Below are positions 40,483 through 55,400 of a stretch of DNA of 64,000 nt, piece after piece (the stretch's first letter is position 1; each line of letters begins with the position of its first letter). Below the pieces are notes generated by a model. It was not told where the DNA came from and did no database searches. It saw only the letters and a list, made by a program, of their open reading frames with translations. The stretch lies in assembly GCF_052425735.1 (NCBI RefSeq), contig NC_135762.1, positions 7,440,001-7,504,000 on the forward strand. Direction: 5' to 3'. Source of the stretch: Oculina patagonica (taxonomy: Eukaryota). Position numbers and translations under genes: made by a program.

Positions 40483-43400
40483 ATGATCAAAGCTGACATT
40501 GGATATGGTACACAGAGTGAAGCTAACAGAATTAACATGCGATTGAGTGTACCAGAAATCACAACAACTGCGGCACCGGAATCATTCCGGCCTAAAAACT
40601 CTCGACGGGCAAGTTTTTCAGGCGTCCAAGAAATTCAGCCACCGAGAGTGCGTTTCGCTAGTACCATTCAAGTTCCTTCCTTGCCTGTTGTCACAAGACG
40701 CTCCAGCGTATTCAATAATGAAATACAGATACAGGCTCCCGTTCTGAAACTGGCTCGATCACGATCAGACACGATCGTGGAGGGGCAGATGCAACAACAA
40801 CAGCCAACATTGTTACGCCGAGGATCAATAGCGCCACGTGCTCGCTCGAACAGTGTTTTTGCGAGGGGTCTGGTACCGCCTGCTATTGGGCTCTTGAGAG
40901 GCAGGCGTCGGAGTAGAGTTCTGAGTGCAAGGGAGATCAAAATATTCCAGGTAAGTTAGTGCAGGCTTGTGGAGTTTATCTTGTAACGCGTTCGATGCGT
41001 TTGAGCGTACAGGCTGCTTCCATAACGCCGTAGAGGTTTTACTGATGCAGCCGTAAATTGCCGTCATATTTGTAAAAAGAGTGTCCCTTATTTTCTCTAA
41101 TTTTGTAGTGCAAGCTTAAGTTCAGGCTAAATTCTCTGGTCGCTTACTTCTGAGAAAAGAGTAAGCGACCAGAGAAGACGGCTAGAATATAGGCTAGCGT
41201 AGCGTTTATAAAAATCTCTCAAAAAAATTTTTCTATTATTTTAGATATTTCCTCCGTCGATCCTATTGAGCATTCGTAAAACCAAAACCAAAGTAATCAT
41301 TGTGTCCAATCACAAAGGACACAGGTAAAACTGTGAACCAATCAAAACCCAAAGTAAATACATGTAGCCGGCGCGAAGCTCGGGAAGCGTGTGTGAGTGA
41401 GTCACTGACGATTGGTTTTGGTTTTGCTTCTGATTGGATGAAACATTGGCGGGAGTTTTTTTTTTAAACCAATCACTAAGCGTCAGTTATGCGAAAACAA
41501 AGTAAACGCGAACTTTTTTCGAGTCAAGTGAAAATCGCTTTAAAAGTAACCAAGGAACAGAAGAATAGTCAATTTCAAAGAAATGGTTAAAAATGTAGAT
41601 CAAGTGAAATGAAGGGTTGAGTTCATGCGTACAGGTTTTGGTCAAAAGGCGAAGATGTGTTGGTAACCATTGCTTTAAATGGTTGTTTAGGAGTGTGTTT
41701 TTTTGCTGTTGTAAAGTTGTTCCACGAATTTCGTGGCAAAATTAATTTCGACCAAATTTCCTCACTGATAAATTACCTGAGCCTGCGGTATTCGTCAGCG
41801 TCATTTCCTAGGCAACACGACCAGCCGGCCACACTCAATGCCGTAAAATTCCAAAACTGGGAACTAAAATTCTTGGTTTTCGTTGGTTAATTTGTTCCTC
41901 CGTCCGATTTAAAATATGCTATAATCAAAATTTACATATGCGCAGAGTAGCTAATCCCGAGTCCAAGACCTTCTGGGTCTCCTTCCAGTAACCCTGCATG
42001 ATTTCGACACCTTGCATCCGGATTTCGCCATAAAGCAAAGCTTTTGAGACCTGTTTTCACTTGGCCTTAAGCCAGTTTAAACCGGTCAAAAAGTTAATCA
42101 ATTAATATTTTCTTTGTTAATTGTTTCGGTGCAACCTACCGTGGAACGCGCACGCGATTGTCAGCCACAAAAGTCACGTAAAAGTACCATTTAATTATCA
42201 ATTTTCGGCGCCGGTGTTTGCTGAAGAAATTCTCCACCATATAAATTTAATCGAGAGTACACGTTTTCGTTAATACACATTGGGACTGTAAAAAGAAACA
42301 AGTTTTATTATCAAAAACTGAATTCCAAGAGGTATTATATCAGAAGGTCAAAGGGACAACCTTTCGACTCGAATTTCCTTGGCATGTCAGCTCATAATCG
42401 CTTGCTTAGCGACGTGTGATTTATTTAACACACTCGTCTTATAGAATGTTCCCATCCCTGTATCGAGGGTCTATTTAAGGGTTCATCTGGCCCGTGCAAT
42501 GACGAAAATGCTTCCAGCATTCGAAAAGAAGCCAAATTGGTTTGTAAAGCGCGAAAATCAAAACTGGTGGGAATCGAATGCTTTAAAGAACGTTTCCAAC
42601 GCCACCGAAGCCGAGCATACAGTAGGCGATCGTGACCGTGCAAAAAACTCGAAATCACGCTTATCACGTCCTTTCGTTGCTCGCCATGAAAGCCTTCAAA
42701 GTCTTCCTACGATCAGAGAGCCGCTCGCGGAAGCTACACTGAGAACAGCACCAGCAAATGTGACGATGAACGATGAATGTAGTCAGTCGTGTGGATCTCG
42801 AAATGAAAATCTTCGGGTATGCATCAAACGATGGAAGAGAGTAAGTCTGAACAGAGCCACTGCGTCAAGTATTCATTTCGAGGTGAGTGTAGTATTGTTC
42901 AGAAGGCTAAAATGACAAACTAACAAGCTCATTTAATTGGCTTTACGTGTTTTGTTTTATAAACCTTTTTTCCACGGATCTTAAAATATTAAAGCTGGAT
43001 CTTGTGAGCGCTGTCTTCAGATCGTGTTTATACACGGAAATTGATTGCGACCATTGTGGAAATAACTGTTTATTTATAGCTATTGTAAATATTCTAAAAA
43101 ACTATCCTTCTTGATTAGCCGGTCATTTGCAAACTTCACCGTCAGCGGGCGAAAACTTGACTGTAAATGACCAGTTTTTGTGTTTGAGTTTCAAATGAGT
43201 GCATTTCAGATTTGTGGTTCCCGAAAGCGAGAGAAGTGTTGCCAAAAAACCGCGCAATCGCTCCGAAAATTAGACACACTTGATGTAAGAAAAATGTTGC
43301 AAGGCAGGTTGATTTTATGCACGGTGTCCTTCTGGTGGTCTTCGAAATGTGTCTGTTTCTTGCATTTTACACTTACTCAGTTCCGACACTTCATTAGCGC

Positions 43401-46400
43401 ACGCCTGCACGCAACTTTAAATGTCACGCAAATTAACTGAGCAACGGTTAGCTTCTTGTGTTGTGACAGGGCGCCATACAACTGAACAAAGTCGCGTTTT
43501 CTTCAAAATTCTTCTTCTTGGTTTGTTCATAACATAGCTTCCCCAGGCAGGTCGTTTTAGATGCTAAGCTATCACAGTGTTATTGAGATTCTGAAACTAT
43601 GATCCTTGGTTTAGTTGATTTAGCAGTGGTGGTCTTTTCCGCCCGTCTGTAATGTCACTAACACATGGTGTCCAGATTTCCGTACACTTCAGTTAGTAAA
43701 GCCAAAACGGAATTTTATTTCAGTCAACTAGTTTGCTATTCAAATGAAAAGGAATATTTTTCATATGGTATTAATGACGGATCTCAAAAAATTTATGAAG
43801 CTGGTTAAAACCCTGTTTAACCAGTCGTTTTAAAGCTTCGGAAACAGGGGTTTTGCTAAAAGCAGGCCCGCGGCCCGGCGGCCCACGGCCCGCGGCCCGC
43901 GGCCCACGGTCCACTTCACGGCCCGCGGCCCACCTCTCGGCCCGCGGCCCGCGGCCCACAGATTTTTGCTAATGCGCTAATAAAGAAAAACTATAATTTC
44001 AGTTGTCGGTGACGAGGCGCGTGTTTACAGGATCGAGTTCTCGCTGTTAGGACTGTTAGTGTGACATTTACTTGAGCTTAGCAATAAAGCCTTTTGAACT
44101 ACAATAATTTTAAATTTTGTTACCTATATGGGTCTGTAGGTTAACTGGAGCTCTTGCCTTTCTTTCAAGAATTTAAGTTTTCATGCTATAAATGTCCACG
44201 TTCTGGCTTTCATAAACTTGTTAACATATCGATCGTAAGACATGGATTAATTCAACTTCAACTTCAACTTGGAAGTAGCCAAATAATACACAAATTGTGT
44301 ATACACATGTTAGCCAGCAAAAGGAGTTTTTGGGTTCGCTAAAATAAACAGAAAAGTACAATTCAACCCGCAGCCGGACCGATCGTCTTTACTTCGCATT
44401 TTTTGAGGATGTTGCAAAGCACGGGCGCGGGTGGCCTGGGTACCGTAAAAATGTTCCAGGCGTTGCATGCTCCGTCGACAATGTTTTTTCCGATCGTAAA
44501 GTTGTTGTTATCCATTTATCACGCTGTTTCTTCATAAATAAAAGGACCTATGAAGGTAAACTTGAAGCATACGAGGTAAGAACACCATAAACTGGAAGAC
44601 TACAAGATTTTCCGATGCAAACTTCTTCTTTTTAAGTGGTAAAACATATCGATCGAGTTAAAGTTAAAAGTGGCCCCCGAGGAAGAATTTTTACGTTCAG
44701 ATCCCCCCTCCCGCCCGAGAGGTGGGCCGCGGGCCGTGAAGTGGACCGTGGGCCGCGGGCCGCGGGCCGTGGGCCGCCGGGCCGCGGGCCTGCTTTTAGT
44801 AAAACCCTCGGAAACAGCTGTGTTCTTAACCGGCTAAACGTGGCTGAGATGTAGCCGAACCTGGGGCTCGTTTCTCGAAACCCCCGGAAATTTTTCGGGC
44901 CCGTCATCTGGCAAGTTTTTAGTCATCTGTATCTTAAAAACAAAGAAGTGTATAGGCCTGAAACTTTATTGTATGGAAGGAACCTCTGTTCATATTTAAA
45001 AAATTATGGAATAAAACAGCTCTGTAATCATTAGGTTTGAGATTCTGCTATGGCTTTCCGAGTGCGAAAACGTTTCAGAACCTTCGAGAGACGGTGCGCC
45101 TGAACTGAAAACTAAACTGATTTCATTGCTTGTGGTGTTTGGGAGTGAAGCTGAACTAATAAAACTTCTAGATAAAAGATTTCTAGATTGCAAGTTATGA
45201 GCATGGCGCCGGACTAAGTAAGTGGTTTTATGCCTTGTAAGAACATTTTCAACAGCGGTGAAAATGCAACGGAAGTCCGTTGTTTTTAATCCATGCTCAT
45301 CATGTGATGATTATTACTTATTTTTGTGGTCCACTTTATTTTCACAGCCCCTAGAGTGCTTCAGAAGATTAGCAAGAATAGTCATGGTTGTTATACGAAT
45401 TGGACGTGTTCTCAAAAGGTGCGATATGCCGCAAACTGACTTTTGCCTCTTTACATGCATAAGACAGGTTTTGTTGTGTAGTTGTTTAATATCTCTTTTT
45501 AGTCAGGAACAAAAATCACTAATTAAGAGTGCTTTTAATATATTGCCGCACTACTTAAGAACTGCTTCCACTATATCGCCGTCGAATTCGCTTGACCTTG
45601 GTGACCCGACTGATCGAAAGTCGTCTTTCCTCATTTTAAATTTTATTGCCAAATACCACGAAATATGCAAATAGATTGGATAAAAAATTCTACAGAGCAA
45701 AATAGAACAATTATTTTTGGGGTAGAAGTACGGAATTACAAGGATGGCAGGGACGGCGGAGCCGGGGGGGGCTGGAGGGGCTTTATCTCCCCCCCCCCCA
45801 GAATTTCCGAAGAAATAAAGACATATTAAGAGAAGGGTCTTTTAAGCCCCCCCCCCCCCCCCCCCAACTTCAAGTCACTAGTCAACCCCCGCACTTGGAA
45901 AATTGCTCCGCCGTCCCTGGATGGAAGTGGATTACAGTTCGTCTATTTGGATTTTGTGACAGGGTGTCAAAAAATCAAACGTTCCATTCTGGTGAAGTTT
46001 TGAATCTTTAGCATGCTTTGTCATATATTTTTTGCTTATGTCAATTTTGGTGCTTCTGTCTTTCAATTTCAAGATAATAAAGCAAGTTCATAGACAGTTA
46101 GCGGCCATGATTACAAAAACACGATATAACAACCGAGAGACACTGTCCCTTGAATATGTAACCCCGTCATAATCAGTCGTTCGAAACATTACGATTACGC
46201 CGGAGCTTCGCGATTGTGATCTGACCTCGTATCAGCATGTTCTTATCTATTTAGAGCTTTCAAGCCTGGAAAAGTAATTAAGAAGTAGACCACTGTGAAA
46301 AAAATATAGCATTTCCATATGATATTTCGGTCTAGCGTAAGCCATTCTCGGGAGAAATGCAACTATTACAAGTAGAAACTACATTGTACGCCAAAATCAA

Positions 46401-49400
46401 TTTGGCGTAAAAAAAACCTTCGGGATCTATATTTTGGAGTTCCAAAAAGACTCTTGTTCAGTCTGCGTGTTATACTGCCCTGGTCTAAGAGGGTTTTTCA
46501 TATAGTCAGGATAGTGAATCTAAAATGGGATTTCACACTTTGTAGCTATGGATAAATAACTGGATCTTTCTGTCTCTTTCTCAGTGATCCCAAAGCTGTT
46601 TTCCACCAGGAAGGAATTTGCAAGTCGTTTCTAGAGATTATGGAAGGATACATGGCCACAAGAGAGAGACACCTGACTAATAATCATCACAAACCTGGCT
46701 TCTCTAGTGCGGCACTGGTTTTTGATCCAAAACAATTCAAGGCAAATAAAGAGGTAAACGAACAAATACATTGAAATGATACAGTTTATGGAAGTTTGGG
46801 ACACTTTCCGTTAGAGAACAGTCCGTCATGGGCCCTGTATTGGTGATACATAAATAACAATATTTGTATCCTCCTTTCATATAAGAGGACGTCGTGTGCC
46901 TCAGGTACTAAGTGGGCACCACTTTTAAGGGGACACTGAGTCATGGTCCCGGTCGCACACGAACACTATACAATAACCTCCAGTGAAAGGCACACTTGCC
47001 ATTGGCCGTTCCGAGGTTGCGCAGGAAACTGGGGCGAGTTTCAAATTTCAAGTAATCGATAATCTGACAGCACCACAGCAAAGATCGCGATGAGATTGGT
47101 CATTTGACCAAGTTTGATGCTTTCAAGATGAACAGAAATAAAGTTATGGACCTTGAAACATGGTTTAAAATCAATACAAACGTCTCGTAAGCCAGCGTCC
47201 CCCAAAACCATATAAACTCTTAAAATTTTTATCCGTTTTGTGACAGCTGTAAAATCCTGCCAAAGACCCATTATTTGAAAGAAACTAAGATGAAAATCAC
47301 TATGTTTGCCCATTTTAAAGAGTATCACAAAAATTATAAAAAATTTAAGAGTTTTCATGGTTTTGGGGGACGTTGTCTCAAAATAAGAGACGTTTGTATG
47401 GATTTTTAACCATGTTTCAAGACCCATAACTTCGTCTCTGTTCATCCTAAAAACGTCAAACTTTAATAGTCAAATGACCAATCTCACCGGGTTCTTTCAT
47501 GTGGTGGTGTCAGATTATCGATTTCTTGACATTTGAAACTCGCCTCAGTTCCCTTCGCAACCTCGGAACGGAAGAGACTGAGTTGTGCTGCCAGTCACAC
47601 CAAAACAATAGGTGTGTAACCCTGTAACCTCCAATACTGGGGACACCTCCCTTAGCTTAAGGAAAAACTGAATCGTGGTCCTAGTCACACACTATAGCAC
47701 TACCTTGGTTTGTAACCTTCAATGACTAGCACTACTGCGTCGTGATTTCGCCGCCACGCATTAACATAGCTTTACTATAGAAAAAGAAAAAAAGGGGGCG
47801 GGAGAAATAAACGAAGCCAGTAGCGCAAGAAAAAGAGACAACGAGGGGTTTTTGAAAACCTACAGAGGTACTAGTACATCAGCTTTGCGTTGGCTTTATC
47901 AACAGGTTAAGATTAGCAAGGAAGTCAAACAGCTTCTAAGCTCAAGACCAGAGGAACGGACAAGCGACCAACTTCAAACTGTAAGTTGACACGTTTCTGT
48001 AACCTCTTTCTCGAAACGTGGATTCATGATTCGCCTACGCGGCCCAGAACAGGAAGGACCATGTTGACTGGCCACACGCGTAGGCCAAACGATATGAAGC
48101 ATTTTTTGATTGGGAGTCCCGGATGCCTTCAAAGGCAAGAAAAACTAAGAAAACTCATAGCGTCATAAATATACAGAAGAATCTCGATTTTTTGAACTCT
48201 CGATTTTTTAAAGCTCCTGAAAACTCGAACTAAATGTCGTTTCCATTGGATTTTTTTTTTCACTTATTCAGACACTGCATCTTCACTTCCGATTTCCCGA
48301 GCTCCTAATTTTTCGAACCCCTTTTTCGTTTCCCTTTAATGAGAAATCCGGATATCACTGTAATCTCGCATCATTTCTATTCCATAAGACCAAACAATAA
48401 TACTATCGATTTATTCGCACGACAATCCGTGAGATTAAGCCATTACATGATTATAAAGATAATCTCACAGTAGTCCGTGAGCCGGAACCAAGCATTGTCC
48501 GACATTAAGAACCTCTTGTGGGTATTTCCTACCATTTCGAAGTCGGTGATCGCGGTCTGAGACTAACAAATTCCCGCTATCTGATACTGACTAAATTCCC
48601 GATGCAAAAGCGACAATATTGTTGTAAAAAATCAGACGATTTCAACGATTTGTTTTCAGTTACCCATACAGCGTCTCGACATTGCTAGCCTACGCTTTGA
48701 AAATAAATTTTTGCCCTAAAATTAAAGAAAACCAAACGATATTATTTTATCACTGCGGCATACTTTCCTTTGGGGTTGTAAAATGTTTCTGTTTTTCTTC
48801 TTATCCCAAACTTGCGTTCACTTAAAAGAGGATTTCATCTTTGTTCATCCCTGTTTGTTCAAAGATTAGTTTTAGTTTTAATCCAGAATTGAGCATCAAT
48901 TAGAATTTAACTAATCTTAAAATGCAATAAGTTAATGGAGCCGTGGGAATAAATTTTGGGTTGCCAGTTTTTTTATTTTAACGTTTCTTACCTTTTTAAC
49001 AACCGTGCACGGGAATTTTAAAATTTGTCAAATCGTTGTGCTTCTTTTTTCCCATAAAACTATGCTTGTTATTTTATTTTATTTGTATGTCATTCAGGTG
49101 TTATACGCTCTTCAAACCTTAGAGTCATTTTCTGAGCTCCCCCTTCACATGCAACAAGACGTGTGCAAAGTCGCCTGGCTACAAAGGTATTGTGTTTTTT
49201 CCTTAATCAACTAATAAATAAGGGATCGAAAGAATGGATCTTGATTATGAAAAGTCCCCAACTAATTTTGGCCATGAGTATGGAATCTTGAAGCCCGAAT
49301 CCTAAACTCGCCGAAACTCGTGTTCAATATAACTTGCCTAACACTTGTCCAAAGTTGCGGCTATTTTAGGGCCCAAATTCATGCAGATTTGCTGCCGTTG

Positions 49401-52400
49401 ATTGGGTCTTATCTGGCTACAATTTCTCACGACTGTATATGTTTTTTCTTTGCTTTCAGCCTTCCTCCGAATAAGATTATTATAAAACAAGATCACGTAG
49501 CAGATAACTTTTATTTCATAATAAATGGAACGGGTAAGTAAATGATATCAAATAAAACAGATAACTGGCGGTTACACATAGTTGATAGCTCCCTTGGATA
49601 ATAACATTTAGTTATTTTCAGCGGTAGCCAGGTAGCTACCTTTATTTCTAAGCCTGTGGGTTCAAGGAGTTTTCTTACTTTTATACAAATAACTGAGGGT
49701 GATACGGGTGCTGCAAATTAGTCAACAAACGTTTTCGAACCACGCCGGACAACCACATGTAATTAAGGACGGGACACATTAGGCGACAAGTCGCAGCGAC
49801 AGGTCACTGCGACAAGTCGCTCCGTGTGTAGTGCTTCAAAACAAAGGGCTGTGACAAGGCACTTGTTTGGTGCCCACGCAGCGAATTTGGAAGAGTAGGA
49901 ATGTAAACTAGTTTTCCAATTCAATGTATGGCAAAAAACGTGACGCTCTCTCATTGGTTAATTAATATTTTGTCGCAGCGACTTGTCGCAGAAGTGCGCA
50001 CACGCTGCGACAACGCTGCTTTCGCTCATTTTGTCGCTGCGATCAGTCGCACGAATTCAAACTGTCTTGATGTTCGTGATTTGGCGCGCTTTCACTACAC
50101 GCCTCATTGAAGCATATACAGGGCAGCTCGACTTTTCTTAAAGAAAAAAGAAAAGGATTTGTACGTATGCTGGATGGATGGCAAACCTTGCTATCCAAAA
50201 ACGTTTTGCTTTACAAACTTTAAAAAATTGAAATCGCCATTCAAAGTTCCAAAGTCTACATTTTATAATCACAAAAAGGCAATCTTAACATCTTCAGTTT
50301 AGTTCCTGACTCGTCCCCAGTCGTCTTCATACAGCACGCGGCAAAGATACAGCGGAGGGAGAGACGGGTACCGAGAAAGGGAGCGCAAGGGGAGATGGGT
50401 AGGGAGAGGGCGAAACAGGATTTCCCAGTCGTCTTCTCCCCTTCTTCCTTCCCATCATCCCCTGCTCCCCCACCTCGCGCGCGTGATTCTCCCTTTGCCG
50501 CGTGCTATATGAAGACGACTGGGGACGAGTCAGGTTTAGTTTCATTTCGGGCCACGACCGGTAGCACTTTTCCTACTGTTTTTCATGACTGTCAAGGTCA
50601 CGTGACAGGGCCATGCAAAGGGCCTAATCTAACATATTCTTTTTGTTAACATTTTAGTAACAGTACTCTCAGAAAATGACCCAACCAAGGATTCTCCTTT
50701 CACCTCACTGGCCACGCTCAAGAGAGGCTCAAGTTTTGGGGTAAGAATACAAGACGCTTTGCTAAATGATGACAGCTCTTTTCGTGCCAGTGGCGTTAAT
50801 TTGTTTCTTGCATTTAAGGCACATATTAGGAATTATAGCATGGCTCCAATAAAATCACTTTATAAGATTTTGAGCCAGAGTGGTTTGTAATGTTAGAAAA
50901 CTTTGTTTGCCACGGGACATCACTAGACTCACTAGTCTATCGTGTTGCGTTAGGCTGCTTTTAGGTAGTCACGTAAAAGTTAATTCGTGACTGTTATTTG
51001 ATTTCAGTCGGGGGACAAGTGCAAGTTAATGGTCGTTAATGGCGACAACTTCTCCAAGAAGTGACTGAGCCCGCGGTTTTCGTCGCAGAAGTTGCTAAGC
51101 AACACGACGTATTTATACGCTCGACGGCGTTCGGAGTACTCGTGAGCGCTCGCGCTAGTTTTTGATTGGATAAAATAATTCAGAAATTGTTTGATTGCTG
51201 CAACAAAGATTTGTCGAAACTGGTACTTATTCCTCCAACTGATTTATTTTCTAGCGTTTTGCGTAAAAAAGTGTTTTTTGGTCTAAAACTAAGCTGTTGT
51301 TTTTCTCTCGTCAGGAAACTGCCATTCTAAATAACTGCCGTAGAACAGCTTCTGTTGTCAGCAACGATCCTATACAACTGCTAGTGATAGAAAAGGAGGT
51401 AAAATGCTATCGCAATTATAATAAAACGTACGGCAAAAACGTCTTTCTAACAAAAAATCACCCTTTAGAATGCTCTTTTCGTTTGTTGTAGGATTATCAG
51501 AGAATTTTCATGGGTCAGACCAAAACAGGAGAAGAACCAGCGCATCTGAAATTTTGCAGGTAAGGGACAGCTTTCTTTCCCTTGGTGATCCATGAGAAAA
51601 TTTCTTATCTCACTCATTCATAGAGGCATGAAATAATAACAAAAGGATTGGGATCTTCTGGGAAAAAAAAGTTATATTAAACTGTGATATGTGTGGTTAC
51701 TTAGAGCCAGTGTTCCTGCAATTGAACGGCTGGACTCGTCCCTTTGCGGTTCCTCCCTCTAACCTGGATGCTTGCTCATCACAAGTTGCCTTTAACTATG
51801 AGCAATCCCTCTTTTTCTTTATTCCATCGAGTGAGACGAGATAAAAAAGAAGGCGTCGAGCGGAAATTAAAGCTGATCGCGCCGCCATCACGTGCCGCCA
51901 TAAAACTAGGACTAAAGGGCATGAGTACAGTTCTGGTATAGCTCTGGATAAACTTAACTAAGACATGTTTTTTTTCTTACTTGACTTTTTTTTGTCAGGA
52001 GTCTGGACTTTCTCGCCGATTGGCCCGTTGATCTGTTACTCGCAAATCCGGAAAACTGTCTCTTTCATTACTTCAGGTTAGCCACACAAACAGTCTGCTT
52101 ACTACAGAAATGGATTCGTCCCTTTCGCCTACTCTTTCGAACACCTCTTAATCCACCTCTTGGGGGCTAGGGGGGCGTACCTGAATATCTATCTTGNNNN
52201 NNNNNNNNNNNNNNNNNNNNNNNNNNNNNNNNNNNNNNNNNNNNNNNNNNNNNNNNNNNNNNNNNNNNNNNNNNNNNNNNNNNNNNNNNNNNNNNNNNNN
52301 NNNNNNNNNNNNNNNNNNNNNNNNNNNNNNNNNNNNNNNNNNNNNNNNNNNNNNNNNNNNNNNNNNNNNNNNNNNNNNNNNNNNNNNNNNNNNNNNNNNC

Positions 52401-55400
52401 TCCACCCATCCTGACCGCACCTCCGATTATTCATTCTTTTCTACATTACCCTCATCCATCGATTCATTTTCTTAAACATCTATGCTGTTCAATTTTGTTC
52501 TTTTCACCGTCCCCAACTGACCAATGTTTTTGTGTCCTATTAACAGACGAGGAACTGTAATCGTTAAAGACAGTAACAAATCTGATTGGCTGTACATAAT
52601 TGTCTCGGTAAGTGTCTACGCATCACGTAACTTCGATGTTTGTCTGCGTCTTCAATTCAATAAAGTAATATGGAGTGGAAGGGCGGTGGCCTAATGGGTG
52701 TAATGGTTAGTGTGTTGAACTTCCGTACCGCTGTGGGTAACCCTGTGATGGACTAGCATCCCATCCAGGGGGAGTAGAAATACTTTTAGTCGCTTAATGC
52801 TTTAAAATTAAAACTGAAAACCGGGATACGCTCCCGCCTGATGGGCTGATGGGTCCTAATACAAAGCCAAAGAAGCGCGCATGGATCAAACCGCCGATCC
52901 ACTTTCCAAGCTGGCACTTTATAAATTCAGGGCAGCAGATGGACATTGCAGATATATAAATAAGGATACATGGCGGGGAAACATCAAGAACGACCTGAGT
53001 AAGATCAAAACGACTTGCATGCAATATGAAAAGAGCGGCTCAAGATCGACGGAAATGAATAGTAATAATGGATGGCTCACAACCTCGTTCCCAGGGTCTC
53101 TCTCTTGCCACCCCCATTCGCTCTGGGGGGTGGGGGAGAGAGAAGATACCCTGGCAACAAGGTTAGACGGCTCATGCCCTCTTCCCTACCCACTCCCACA
53201 AAGAAGGAGAAGAATATATCAGACGATGAAATAACCTTAATGAAAAAAAAAAGAAAAACTAATTCCACGTATTTTTTGTAGGGGGTTTGTCAGGTTCTTC
53301 TAAAACTTGAAATAACCAAGCCAAGATTATCTGGAAAAGTTCAAAACAGAGAAGAATTAACGACCGCCGATAAACTGGCAAACCTGACTGAGGAACGTCA
53401 CAGAAATTCTAGTTATTCTGCTTCAAAAATAGAACGTTTGCCGACAAGAAGAAACACAACAGGTGTGTGAACCCAGTACTGATCAGAATACAAATTCTCC
53501 TCACCAAAATAGTATGTTGTTAAGACGGATTGTAATGAGAATAACCAATTGGATAAATAGGTAAAATAACGTCGAGATGTGCCAATTAATTCTCAGAACT
53601 TATATTTAACAAATGTATGGCAATTAGTAAAAAAAAAATAAGTGGATTTTTAGTTTTGGATTTTAATGCTTTTCAAGCGTTAAAGTTGCATCCTGATATA
53701 TTCCAGGTTACATTGTTCGTCCATTTATTGTGTCCAGTTTAGTTTCATTGAGGGCCTCCCAGGGGTTTTTGGGAACAAGGAAATGCTCATTTATTTGGTA
53801 GGAAAAGGGATAATTTTGAATTATTTTAAGGGAGCAAGGGTTATCTTCACCACTAACTCGTGAAAATTTTAAAGAACGATTGAATTTATGAATGTGGAAC
53901 AAGAATCCTTCCGGAGACCCTCTTCTTTGTGACATACACTTTATTCAGATCTTTTAGCTTTTTTTCTTTCACCTCCTAATTGATTTATGCTCAGCGATCA
54001 TTTATTGGTTTTGTTTCCATTTAAAGTAGCTTCTTCGATAAAAAAATTTTGCAGCTTTTCTTTACCCGATCTATACGGTCTAATGGTTGCCATAGTTGTA
54101 TGCAGCTTCGCAAAAACAGTCTTTCAGTGTTATGAACGTTAGTTTCGAGATAAAGCCAAGTCATTTCATAAACAACTGATCACATTATTTTTTATTATTT
54201 TTTTATTATCAGCAGCTTTCTCAAGTTCCCGTTCAATGGAAAGGCGAACAAAATCTCTTCCACCCGTGGTAAGAGACCGTTTCAATCTGTTAAGACAGCA
54301 GACTTCCAGTTTCTGGTTACCGGTTACAAGTTTTTCCACTTTTATTTTCCCGCGCATGGCATCGGTCGCAAGTTTATTTCCCCAGTTAATTTTTTGTTGT
54401 TGTTTTGTTTGAGTAGTTTCCTGTCACTGAAGTACCGTCAACCTTCCATCATCAGCCAAGGAAACAAACAGCGTTTGTACAGTTGGGCCTTCTTCACCCG
54501 AGAAGTGTTTTTGTGAGTATCATCATTTGTTATATAACTGGAATGTTTCTCCAGCAGTACGCCCTAATTGGCTACTTCGAGTTCATATGACATCTTGCAA
54601 TACAGTCAACTCTCGTTATAGCGGACACGCTCGGGGCGTCGTTTAGTGTCCGTTATAGTGAGAGTCCGTAATAGCGGGAGTCATTTCAAGTCAAACCTTA
54701 TTCCCCGGGGATCAGGATTTTGTCCGTAATAGCGAGTGTCCGCAATAGCGGGGTTTCCGCAAGGCGAGAGTTGACTGTAAAACGGTTTCCCGCCAATAGA
54801 CTCTGCGCGGGCAACACTGCAAAATCTATGACGTCAGAGGTTAACAGTGCACTGTTGACCCATGAATGTTGACCGACGACAGCCGTTCTTCTAAATTCTT
54901 CGTTCTGTTATAAAAAATTACTTAATGACAGGTCCCAGTTAGTCAGTGTTGTTTCCCTCGAATTTCAAATAAGATTCTCTGGTAACAAAATTATAATCTG
55001 TTTCCCTCAGGCCCAGTTATTGAGTGTTAAATCAGGTAGCTCATGCGGGGTGAAGCATTGAAGCAGCGTTCTATTCGGGGCTGATTGCATGGTGACCTAA
55101 CTGAAAAATTAGATTGGAGGGACGTCATACTTCCCTCCTACCGACTGCGGTAGCGAAAACGTGATCCCGCCATTCCAACCCGCTAACTACCTGGCCTGGC
55201 TCATACAGTTTCGCCTGTCTTGAGATAACTGTTTTGCTTTTGCTCTGTTTTCCAGGGTTTATCTACGCTTCTAAATTTCGATGAAGATTTCCAACTTCTT
55301 CAGCAAGCCAGCGTTAGCTTGGTGAGTTGTTCACACAATTTTAGATAAATAAATCTTGAACTGAGTTTGTTATTTTGCTGTTCTGCGCGCCATCCAAATG

